64,000 nt of DNA, taken from a virus. Below are positions 16,840 to 26,900 of this stretch, one piece after another (the stretch's first letter is position 1; every line of letters begins with the position of its first letter). The notes beneath the pieces were generated by a model. That model was not told the DNA's origin and searched no databases. It saw only the letters and a program-made list of their open reading frames with translations. Position numbers and translations under genes: made by a program. Where the stretch lies: IMG/VR virus record IMGVR_UViG_3300049889_000020. One strand, given 5' to 3'.

Positions 16840-17388
16840 GTGTCCGCCATATCTGAATCCGGTGATCGCTACCACCGGATCTCCACTGTCCTGGCCCACT
16901 ATCAGGCCCCTATGTTCATCGTCGCGCTCACCGTCGACGCCGCGCTCGCGCTGACCCATCAGGCCCGCACCCCGGCCGGTTACGTCATCGGTTTCGTCGC
17001 CCTCTTGGCCGTCATGGCGACCATGCTGGCGGAGCTGCGTCACTCCCGATCACCGTGCGAGCGGTGCGCCGCCAAGACCCCCCTGGATCCGCAAGCCGCA
17101 GTGCAGCGCCGCGCCCGGTGGCTACGGTTATTCCACCTCCTCAACAGCGTTCCCGCGCTCACCGTGCTGATCGTGCTGTATGTCACGGGAATCCTCGTGC
17201 TCCCCGCTGACTTCTCCTCCTACCTGGCAGAGGCGCCGCTGTACCTGTTCTGGGCGGTGGCGGCAGCCGCGAACCTCATTCACCGACCGCTGGAGCCGTG
17301 GTGCCCACAGTGCAACTGGGGCGACGGCGGCGACGAGGAAGACGTACCCGCACCGTCACCCGTTCCGGCCGCCACCAACACCCACTAG
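16840..17388 (+). CDS. membrane protein with CxxC...CxxC
   Basis: GTG 16840 with GGAGA upstream. Four hydrophobic helices; CERC and CPQC motifs. Confidence 0.55.
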   Translation: MSAISESGDRYHRISTVLAHYQAPMFIVALTVDAALALTHQARTPAGYVIGFVALLAVMATMLAELRHSRSPCERCAAKTPLDPQAAVQRRARWLRLFHLLNSVPALTVLIVLYVTGILVLPADFSSYLAEAPLYLFWAVAAAANLIHRPLEPWCPQCNWGDGGDEEDVPAPSPVPAATNTH

Positions 17389-17395
17389 GAGCGTC

Positions 17396-17560
17396 ATGAA
17401 GCGTTGGCACATCCTGCCCCGGCGCGTGCGCCGATTCCTTCACACCCACGGGTACTGCAACTGCCCCGCCAACCGCCGACTGCGCGAGCCGTCGCCGCAG
17501 CAACGCCGCCTCGACGCTGTTGAGCGGGCCATCCAGGAGCGTCGCCGTGGCACTTCGTAG
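17396..17560 (+). CDS. small basic protein
   Basis: ATG 17396 with AGGAG upstream; 54 aa. Confidence 0.35.
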   Translation: MKRWHILPRRVRRFLHTHGYCNCPANRRLREPSPQQRRLDAVERAIQERRRGTS

Positions 17561-17939
17561 ATCGAAGCTCAAGCGCAGCAGCCAATTCCAGCGCATCGAA
17601 GACCTACCCTCGTGGCTCCGCGACAAGATCGAAGCCGATCGGACGCTGTGGCACGACGGCAAGTCCAAGACGTGCATGCACAACCCGACCCCCCGAAACG
17701 GCATGCCCGTGGTGATGTCCGCCGCGAAGTGCGGGCTCGTCGTTTGCGGCCTGTGCACCGACCTGGTGACCGCACCCAGTTCCCGCCGCGTCGCGAACCT
17801 CACCTGCGACGGATGCGGTCACGTCGTCGAGGACACCGCTACCGATCACCTCGTCGGGGCGATGGCGAAGCTCCAGGGTCTGACGTACGTCTTCGCCGTG
17901 TGCTCACTGTGCCGGGGTCGGATGTCGCAGGCCCGTTAA
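17547..17939 (+). CDS. Cys-rich (zinc-binding-like) protein
   Basis: GTG 17547 with AGGAG 7 nt upstream. Multiple CxxC motifs (CGLC, CDGC, CSLC). Confidence 0.45.
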   Translation: MALRRSKLKRSSQFQRIEDLPSWLRDKIEADRTLWHDGKSKTCMHNPTPRNGMPVVMSAAKCGLVVCGLCTDLVTAPSSRRVANLTCDGCGHVVEDTATDHLVGAMAKLQGLTYVFAVCSLCRGRMSQAR

Positions 17940-17945
17940 CGCGAA

Positions 17946-17969
17946 CAGCCCGCCATTGCTGGCGGGCTG
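17946..17969 (+). terminator. hairpin after 17547..17939
   Basis: 9-bp stem CAGCCCGCC/GGCGGGCTG with a 6-nt loop. Confidence 0.45.
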
Positions 17970-18120
17970 TCCCGGTTCCGGCCTCACCCGAGGGTTATCC
18001 CACAGAGGCATAGCCTCAATGTGGGTCCCGAGATCCGCAAGGCCGAGTGTAACAGGGCAGTGCGGGCGATTCCAGATCATGCGGCGTGCCCCAGCTCCCG
18101 TCAGCGCCGTGGCTGACACC

Positions 18121-18390
18121 ATGCGCTACGTGCAGCTCACTATCGGTGCCCGCGTGCACTACCGCAGCCACGGAAGCCCCATCCTGATCGACGGGTCGCA
18201 GGTCCACGCGCCCAAATGCCGTCCTGCTGATGTGGTCGAGATCATGGGCGGCGAGTTGTGCACCCTGTTCGTGATTAACCCGTCGGGCATTTTCTTTGAC
18301 GAGTGCCGCCACGATGAGTCCCGCTGGCCCAAAGAGCCCCCCGGTACTGGCGGCACCTGGCACTGGCCGTGTGACGTGGTTGATGGCTGA
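18121..18390 (+). CDS. hypothetical protein
   Basis: Strong codon bias begins at ATG 18121. The upstream part of the track ORF is weaker. Confidence 0.5.
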   Translation: MRYVQLTIGARVHYRSHGSPILIDGSQVHAPKCRPADVVEIMGGELCTLFVINPSGIFFDECRHDESRWPKEPPGTGGTWHWPCDVVDG

Positions 18391-20257
18391 CGAGGCGCCG
18401 AAGACCTACAGCGGGGGCATGCTCGCACTGATCCCCGACAATCCCGGTGAGCTGGTTGTTGAGGGCGGTGACCCTGCCGAGCAGATTCACCTCACGCTGC
18501 TCTACCTGGGCGATGACGTGGCGCAGTGGCCGGCGGGGCAAGCCCAGCATCTGAAAGAGCTGATCACGGCGAGCGGGCCGGGTCTGGACGCGGTCACCGC
18601 CCGAATCATGGGCCACGCCGTGCTGAACCCCGACGGGGACGCCGGCAGTGACAAAGAACCGTGCGCGGTCTACCTGGTGGGCGACACGCCCGACCTTGAC
18701 CCGCTGCGCAAATGGGCCACCTGGGTCATGGCCACGGGTGAGGATTACCCGGATCTACCCGACCAGCACACCCCTGTCCTGTGGCATGTGACGGCCGGCT
18801 ACGGGATCGGTATCGACGCGTTGAGCTACATCGGCCCGGTGCGCTTCGCCACGCTGCGTCTCGCGCTGGCTGGTGACGTGCTCGATGTGCCGCTGGGAGA
18901 TCAGGAGGCGGGCATGCCCGGACCACAGGTCAAGTCGATCACGTTCACGCCACCGAAGGCGGTGCGCGACGCGGCGGAGGGTCTGGACGGCCCGTACGCG
19001 CAGGAGGTGATCGAGGGCAAGGCCCTGGATATGTCGGGGCTGATCTGGGTCGCGGGGGCGTGCGGGCCGGCGGGATTGTCGTGGGCTGGGGACATGATGG
19101 GCCGCGCGGAGGTCAAGGCCGCTGTGCGGGAGATGAACATGGGCCGGGTGGTCAACGACGGCCCGCGCCTGGAGTCCATTGATGATCTGCACCGGGCGAT
19201 CGAGGAGCACGGGAACTGCCCGGCTGAGGATCGGCCGGCACGGGTGCGGGTATTACGGGGCCACGCGAAGCGCCTGGGGGCTAACGCGCACACCCTGTCC
19301 CGCATCGACACCCTGGAAGGCGCGAGCACCGACGGCAGCGGTACGAAGTCTGCACCTGAGGATGAGGTTGAGACGAAGTCGTGGGCGCCCGGTAATGCCG
19401 CGCCCGCGCCGTTGCCGCACCTGGCCGCGCTGCACGCCGCGATCCGGGCGCACCCGAAGGTCCGCGACAGCCACAAGGCCAAGCACAAGGAACACCTCGC
19501 GGCCGAGGCGATCCGGTTGGGCGCCGAGCCCCACGTGCACGCCCAGATCGGCTACCTAGAGCCGCACTCGTTCCATGGGAAGTCCCTGGAGGACGGGGTC
19601 GAGGTCAAGGTCACCTCACCGTCGCCGGGGGCGTCGCGGTTGCGTAACTTCTGGGCACGCACCGCTAAGGGCCGGGCGAAGTGGAAGCCGGGCATTCCCG
19701 GTGATTTCAAGCGCCTGCGCCGGCACCTGGCGAAATACGTGCACAATCCGCGCATCCTGAATGGTTTGACCGCGAACATCCACAAGATCGCCACGGGTGA
19801 GTGGCCCGGCAAGAACGCGCACACCGCGAAAGCCAAGCCCGGCAAGCCGATCACTTATGGCGTGAAGTCTCTGGTCGATTGGGAGTGGGATGCCACGGAG
19901 ATCAAGAGTCTGGCTGCGGCCGAGCCGGACCTAGCGGAGATGTTCGCCGGCATCGACGACTGGGGGCAGATCTTCGATGAGCCGTGGGTGGCGGGTTACC
20001 TCGCGGAGCTGGCCGAAGCCCAGGGCGACACCGATGAGGACGCCGAGCCGGCCAGTGAGGTGGAGCGCACCGCCGCGCTGGCCGCGTTGGGCTCCAAGCT
20101 CGTCGCCGACCCCGACCCCGTGGTGGTCGAGGAGGCCGAGCCGGAGCCAGATGCGGACCCGGTCGACGAAGCGCCGTCGGGCGACCCGGACTCCGGCGCT
20201 GATGACGGTGGCTGGGGCGCGCTGTTCGAGGCGGCATCGGCGGAGGCCGTGACGTGA
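18383..20257 (+). CDS. 2H-phosphoesterase (LigT-like) domain fused to a long repeat-containing, acidic-tailed extension
   Basis: Two H-x-T-x motifs in typical context: IHLTLLYLG (His codon 18488-18490) and LWHVTAGYG (His codon 18785-18787). ATG 18383 overlaps the upstream stop region. Confidence 0.65.
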   Translation: MADEAPKTYSGGMLALIPDNPGELVVEGGDPAEQIHLTLLYLGDDVAQWPAGQAQHLKELITASGPGLDAVTARIMGHAVLNPDGDAGSDKEPCAVYLVGDTPDLDPLRKWATWVMATGEDYPDLPDQHTPVLWHVTAGYGIGIDALSYIGPVRFATLRLALAGDVLDVPLGDQEAGMPGPQVKSITFTPPKAVRDAAEGLDGPYAQEVIEGKALDMSGLIWVAGACGPAGLSWAGDMMGRAEVKAAVREMNMGRVVNDGPRLESIDDLHRAIEEHGNCPAEDRPARVRVLRGHAKRLGANAHTLSRIDTLEGASTDGSGTKSAPEDEVETKSWAPGNAAPAPLPHLAALHAAIRAHPKVRDSHKAKHKEHLAAEAIRLGAEPHVHAQIGYLEPHSFHGKSLEDGVEVKVTSPSPGASRLRNFWARTAKGRAKWKPGIPGDFKRLRRHLAKYVHNPRILNGLTANIHKIATGEWPGKNAHTAKAKPGKPITYGVKSLVDWEWDATEIKSLAAAEPDLAEMFAGIDDWGQIFDEPWVAGYLAELAEAQGDTDEDAEPASEVERTAALAALGSKLVADPDPVVVEEAEPEPDADPVDEAPSGDPDSGADDGGWGALFEAASAEAVT

Positions 20258-20900
20258 CCACAACGTTCCCGGATGACGTCGAGACTCCGGAGGACATGGA
20301 CGCGCTGGAATGGAAGGCGCTGCCCACGGCGGAGATGACCTCCCCGCTGACCGGGGTGATCGGTCACGACGACGCCGACGGCACGATCACGGCGCTGGTC
20401 GCGGTGTCCGGGGTGGTCGATGAGGTTGGTGACGTCATCGTGCCAGGGTCGCTGGCTACGGCGATCAAGCGGCTGAAGCCCAAGGGCGTGATGTCACACA
20501 ACTGGTCGGCGAAGGTGTCGCGACTGGTGTGGTCGAAGGAACTCATGCCGGGTGACCCGCAGCTGCCCAGGACGACCCCGCAGGGCGAGCCGTGGCCGGC
20601 CAACGCGGGCGGTCTGCTGATCAAAGCGAAGTACAACCTGGATAAAGAGATCGGCCGCGACGCTTACGCGGACGCCAAGTTCTACGGGCCGGAGGAATGC
20701 TTCTCCATTGGGTACAAAGTGCGCCCCGGTGGCTATCGGATGCGCAGCGGCAAACGTTACCTACACGATTACGATCTGTATGAGTGGTCCCAGGTATTGC
20801 ACGGTGCACATAAGCTCGCGCACTTGACGGGGGTGAAATCCCTTTCCGAGACTGTCGCCGACGCATGGTATGATGACCCTCGTTCCGGTGTCACCGACGA
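20254..20900 (+). other. prohead (capsid maturation) protease domain, HK97 / S78-U35-like
   Basis: GTITALVAVSGVVDEVGDVIVPGSLATAIKRLKPKGVMSHNW ... FSIGYKV ... YEWSQVLHGAH matches the family pattern as I recall it. Occupies the protease slot between portal/MuF and capsid. Confidence 0.65.
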
Positions 20901-23900
20901 GGGGACCACTGTGCTTGATGGCGTGGAGTACAAGGGCATCCGTGTCGTGCGCGACGCCGAGTTCTGGGGCATGCCCCTGGGCACCCCCATCAAGGCCGGC
21001 ATGCGCCCCCGCAGCGGCCAGACACCCACCACCGCGCAGATCGCGGCCACCACCGCACCCGGCAGCGCGGACGCCAAGCCTGAGGTCCCCGGCAAGCCCG
21101 GCGTCCCCGGTGCTGCCGGCGTACCTGGCGCGCCCGGTGACCCCGCCCTGGCCCCGCTCGCCCCACCCGGCCCCGGTGTCCCCAAAGCACTGGCCGCGCT
21201 GCACCAGCGCTACCAGGAACTCAATGAGCAAGTCCAGCAGACCCCGGCGTTCGGTGACTCCAGCCTCGCCGAGAACTCCCTGGCGATGCTCGCCCAGTTC
21301 GCCGCCCCCGGTGCCGATGTCCACGCGTCCACCGACGGGCAGCTCGCCGCCGTCCACGGGCCCGCCGGCTGGACAATCGTCGACACCGCCAACGCGGGCA
21401 GCGGCCTATCCAACGCCGCCCAGATCCCCCCCGACGCGCCCCCCGACCAGATCGACGCCGCTCTCGAACACCTCACCCAGATCGGCATCCCCTGGGATGA
21501 CATCGAAGCGCGTAAGAAGCGGTGGGCCAACGCGAAGCAGAAGACGGCCGACCAGCAGGCCGTCCGTGACGTCCTGTCTCAGATCACCCCGTTCTCCGCC
21601 CCCGCACCCGTCGGCGAGGACGACGCGGCCGGTGCCCGTGATGACGCCGAGTCGGCGATCGCCACCCAAGACCGTGATGGGCTCGCTGAAGCCCTCACGC
21701 GGATGGGCCTGCCGCCCGATCAGGACCCCCGTGAGATGGCCGCCAGTCTGCTGGTGCTGCCATCGGAGGTCGCCGCCAAACGTCTCGACGCGGTCGCCGC
21801 GCAAGCCGTGATCCCCCAGGTAGGTGCTGCCCCCGATGGCGGGCAGCAAAAGCCGGGCGTCGCAGGCCCGGCTCCGACGGTTCCACCGGGGGCAGCACCG
21901 CACGCTAACCCGCCCGCGCCCGTTAAGCCGAACCCGGTAGGCACCGCCCACGCTGACGGCACCACCACCGTGACGGCCGGTGCGAACACCATCCCCGGCG
22001 GCCACGACCTGCCCCAGACGCCGCCCGCTGCCCCGGAAGCGCCGGCCGCGCCCGCTGATGACCGCAAGTACGGCACCCCGGTGCTGGTCAACACCTACGG
22101 GGTGAAGCCCGGTAGCTACCCCACAGTGAAAGCCAGTGAGGTCCGTACGGGTGACCACGTCATGCTGTCGCGCCACGATGGCGGCAAGGTCACCCAGGCC
22201 AAGCCGGGCCGCACCGGGCAAACACTGATCACCTACGACGACGGCACGGGTGGCGGCACCCAAACCCGTGGGGTTAAGAACGGTTCCGCGCTGCCGCTGG
22301 TGTCCGCCGGCACGCCGGCTGTCGACCCGAGCAAGCCCCAGGCCGCGCCCGAGCACGAGTACAAGCCCACCGGCAACCACAACGCCCCCGAGAAGCTGAC
22401 CGACGCGCAGCTCGCGGCGGAGTCTGAGGCAGCGCACAAGCGGCACATGGCGGCCCGGTCGAACAATCTGCCCAAGAACTCCCTGGAGTACAGCGACTCG
22501 AAGCTCGCCGCTACCCGCTTCGGTGACGAGGCACGCCGCCGGGCCGCCGCGACCGTCGCGGAGTCGACACCGGCCCCCGAGGTCGACGCTCACCCGCTGG
22601 TCACCCCGGCCGCCCCCGATGACGCCGCTCTGCTCGCCCAACTGTCCGGGCATGTCACCGCGCCGCAGTTGTCCGCCGCGCTGGCGACCATCGCCCGCGA
22701 CCAGAGCGACCCGGCGCTCGCCCACGCGGCGACCATCGCCCGTGGCAGTCTGGATTCCCCGTCGGCGAAGACGCCGGAGAAGCTGGCCGCTGAGCTGATC
22801 CGGGTTAAGAACCAGATGGCGCAGGCGCCTGACTCGGCTACTTTGCACGCCACTCTGGACGGCCTGGAGCGCATCGTTAAGGCGCTGAAGGCCGATAACT
22901 CGAAGATCCAGGTGGGCGGCAAGGCCCGCGCGGGCTCCCCGCAGCGCCAACTCCTGCACGAGAACCTGGCCGAGTACACCCGCCACGTTCGGGGCGCGCT
23001 GCACGCTGACGAGAACCCCGACAAGCCCGCTGACCAGCCTCCGGCGACCGCACCGGAGGGCACCGGAGGGCCGGAGGCCAAGCCTGACCCGCTGCGGCCC
23101 GCGCCGGGGCAGGTCAACTACACCGCGATTCAGAAGCGCAGTCACCCCGCCTATCGGGACGCGGCACTGCGCCAGCTTGATGACGCTGAGCTTGCGTCGG
23201 TCAAGCGGGAAGCCGCCCGACGCGGTGGGCACGGCGCCAACATGGCCGACAGTGTCCACACGGAGGAGATCCGTCGTCGCATCACTCCCGACGAGCTGCG
23301 CAAGCGCGCCGACAAGACGGGCGGTGGCGCGTCCGACGGTGAAGCCAAGCGGATGCGGGACCGCGCCGACGATTACGAGCGTCGCGACGCCGCCGGCATC
23401 GGCCGCCATGACTTCGCGGCCCTGCCGTTGGGCGAGCACCCGAAGACACCGGAGTCCACTGGCGGGGAAGTGCCCGAAGGCACCCCGGACGGCACCGTGC
23501 CCGTGCCCCCGGAGGTCGCCGACTCCGCTCACCGCATCCGGGGTGAGGCCCTGGGCCTCACGGACGGCCCCGATGGGCAGGAGGAGGTCACCCAGGAGGT
23601 CGCCGACCGCCAGGAGCGGGTGGCGGCACTGCTGGAGACCGGGGAGACCGGCCTGGCCGACCAGACCGACCCGCAGCTGCACGAAACCCGCAAAGACCTC
23701 ACCGACGAGCTGGCGCTTCAGGACGAGCTGCACCGTCGCGACACCGAACGCAAGCGGGAAGCGGCGGTCAAGAAGGCGGAGGCCGGGGCGTCTTCCGTGT
23801 CGGCGACGGACGCCCCGGCCGGGCCGGAAGATACCGGCCCGAAAGTCCGTCCCGGTGTCGCGGGTGCCGCTGAGGATCTGGGCGACGCCCTGAACGCGAC

Positions 23901-26900
23901 CCCGCGCGATGACGCTGCGGTCGCGGTCGCCGCTGAACGCTTCGCGAAGATGATGCGCCGCCACGGGGAGTCCACGGCGTTCGACGACATCCGCACCGCC
24001 ATCGGTGACGGTGACGTTCACACCGCGATCGCTTCCGGGAAGCTCAAGGCCGGCATGCTGTTCACCGCCGCCGGGGCGTTGCGTGAACAGCGTCGGGTGA
24101 AGCGCAATGAGGGCGCGAAGGCCCGCCGGCTCGCGAAGCGCCTGGACCGTGACCGGATCAAGTCCCTGATCGGTTCAGTGGATGCGGAGTTGCGTCGCCG
24201 TAAGGGCGCGACCGAAGATGGCAAGCGCGGCGCGGCGAACGTGGCCATTGGTCCGGTTTCGAGCACCGCCGCGCCGTCCAAGACCGCCCCGGCCGCCGAG
24301 CCCGCACCGCACCCGCAGCAGGCCCGTCGCGACGAACGCGACGCCCGCCTAGCCGCCGACGGCAACCGCGTTCAGCGCGCCCAGGAGCACATGCGGGAAG
24401 CCCGCACCGCCGCCGATGGCGGTGATTTCGAGGGCGCATTCGCTCACCTCGATCAGGCGCAGGAACTGAATCCGGAGCGCCAGCGACTCTGGGATAAAGC
24501 GCGTGGAATCGTCACCGGGCAGCGCGACCGCAGTAAGTCCACCGCTACACCAGCGGAGCCCGATCAGGCTCGTCGTGCTGAGTTCGATAAGGCCGTCGCT
24601 GAGGACTTCCCCCCCGACGCCTCTGTGCGACTGTTTCAAGACTGGGATCGGGACCACTCCCGCCCTGACCTGGCCAGCGATGTCACCGCTGTTCGCCGAG
24701 CCCGCAATGGTTACGTCACTGTGCGGGAGTCCAAGGGCACCACAGTTGACGTGTTCCCACGGCAGCTAGAGCTGGTCGGCAGCGCCCAGGGTGCACAATC
24801 GCCCCAGAGAGAGGGTGATGATCGTGGGAGTTCTGGCGAGACAAACCGAAGCGTGGTACCGGACGTACCAGCCGCAGACGTACGCGGGGATCAAGGACAA
24901 GCAGACGTTCTTCGCCGATCTGGAGGAGCAAGCCCGCCAGCAGATACAGCAGACAGCCGACCAGCTGGCCGGGCCGGATCCGGAGGGGGAGACCTACCAG
25001 GAGAAGCTGGGGCGCCTGAACGCCGCGCAGCAAGCGGCGACAGAGAAGGTGATGCGGGAGTTCCTGATGAGCCCGCCGCCCCCGAACGCCCCGGACAACG
25101 CGCTGCCACTGCCGGCGACACCGGACCCGTCGATGGTGCCGACGCAGGACCCGATAGATCAGGCGCTGACTCAAGCGCTGGCGGACTTCCAGGAGGCGGC
25201 CGACGAGCTGAGGCGTCAGGAGAGGGAGAGCGCGAAGGCGGCGATGCCGACACTGCCGGCGCGCCCAGCGCACCTGAGTTAACCGAAGCCGACCAGCCCA
25301 GCGCCGACATTGGGCAGGTCGATGCGATCCCCGACACCGGGGAGTCCTTTCACCCCACCGGGCTGGACGACTTCGCTCCGGCCGGTAAGAAGTCGAAGCT
25401 CGAAGCGAACCTCGCGGCGCTGCGCACGTTGCGCCAGTTGCAAGACGACCGCCGCAGCGCCACCCCCGAAGAGCAGGCCGTGCTCGCTCGCTGGGCCGGT
25501 TGGGGTGGACTGCCGGAAGTCTTCGACGACAACAAACCCGAGTACGCGAAACAACGGGAGGAGCTGCGTGGACTGCTGTCGGACTCTGAATGGGCAGAGG
25601 CTCGCCGCAATACCCTCAACGCCCACTACACCGACCCCCGCGTGGTGCAATCGCTGTGGAAGGCAATGGGAGATCTGGGGTTCGACGGTGGTCGCGTCCT
25701 CGAACCCGGCTCCGGATCCGGAACGTTCATCGGATTCGCGCCCGGCAACGCCGACATGGTCGGAGTCGAGTTGGACTCGACGACAGCTGCGATCTCTCGT
25801 GCCCTCTACCCGCACGCGACGATAAGAAACGAGTCCTACGCGGCCACCCGGCTACCGGCCGGCTCGTTCGACGCGACGATCGGCAACGTCCCCTTCGGTG
25901 ACTTCGCCCTGACCGACCGGGTGCACAACCCCAATCGCAAGATGTCGATCCACAACCATTTCATCGCCAAGGCCCTGGCCCAAACCAAACCCGGCGGGCT
26001 AGTCACCCTGCTCACGTCGCGCTACACCCTGGACTCGAAAGACTCCGCCGCGCGCAAGAAGCTGGCCGAGCTGGGCGACCTGGTTGGTGCGGTGCGCCTG
26101 CCTACGGGGTCGCACTCCCGGATGTCGGGCACCGATGTCATTGAGGACGCCCTGATCTTCCGGCGCCGGGAGCCCGACGCGGCACCGTTGACGTCGCAGG
26201 ACTGGGTGAACTCCCACGATCAGGACATCAACGGTCACACGGTCACCATCAACGACTACTTCACCGCCCATCCCGAGCAAGTGCTGGGTGAGGTCACCGC
26301 AGAGGCCGGCCAGTACGGCAGCGGGTCACTGATCGTCAAGGGCGACAAGACGATGGCGGACCTGCCGGCCGCGCTGGACCGGATCGTGGAGTCGGCGAAA
26401 GCCGACGGCATCACCGCGTCGCCCCGCATGGAAGGCCTCACGGCGTTCACCACCCCCGACGATGACCGCCACGAAGGCCACATCGCTGCCCACGAAGACG
26501 GCACATTCACCCAAGCCGAACAGGGCACCGCCGTGCCCCTGGACGTGCCCGCCAAGCACGCTGACGCGGTGCGCGGGCTGATCGGCCTACGCGACACCCT
26601 GCGGTCCCTGCTGGCCGCTGAAGCGGCTTCGGTGTCGGACTCCCCGGACATCAAGGCGCTGCGCAAGCAACTCAACGACCGCTACGACGCGTTCGTGAAA
26701 AAGTACGGCCCGGTCAACCACTACACGCTGACCAAATCTGGGGCGCGCAAGCCCGACCCGGCCCGCAACCTGTTCCGCAAAGACCCCATGTCGGCGATCG
26801 TCCGCGCCCTGGGCGCTTACGACGCCGAGACCGGCACCGAGGCGAAGACCAGCATCTTCCGCAAGCGCGCCAGCACCCCACGGGAGATCCCCACCCACGC

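Noticed and set aside
21070-21140. Collagen-like Gly-X-Y run (PGKPGVPGAAGVPGAPGDP) in the giant ORF
   Set aside because: Only about six triplets, too short for a collagen triple helix. More likely a flexible Pro/Gly linker.
21406-24021. 871-aa minus-strand ORF, plus many other long ORFs in the track (e.g. 20870..21811, 23177..23893, 27643..28632, 49126..50172, 50199..51344, 42464..43177)
   Set aside because: They lie antisense or out of frame to genes with strong G/C third-position bias. They translate to Arg/Gly/Pro/Asp-rich low complexity, the expected stop-poor artefact of GC-rich DNA.
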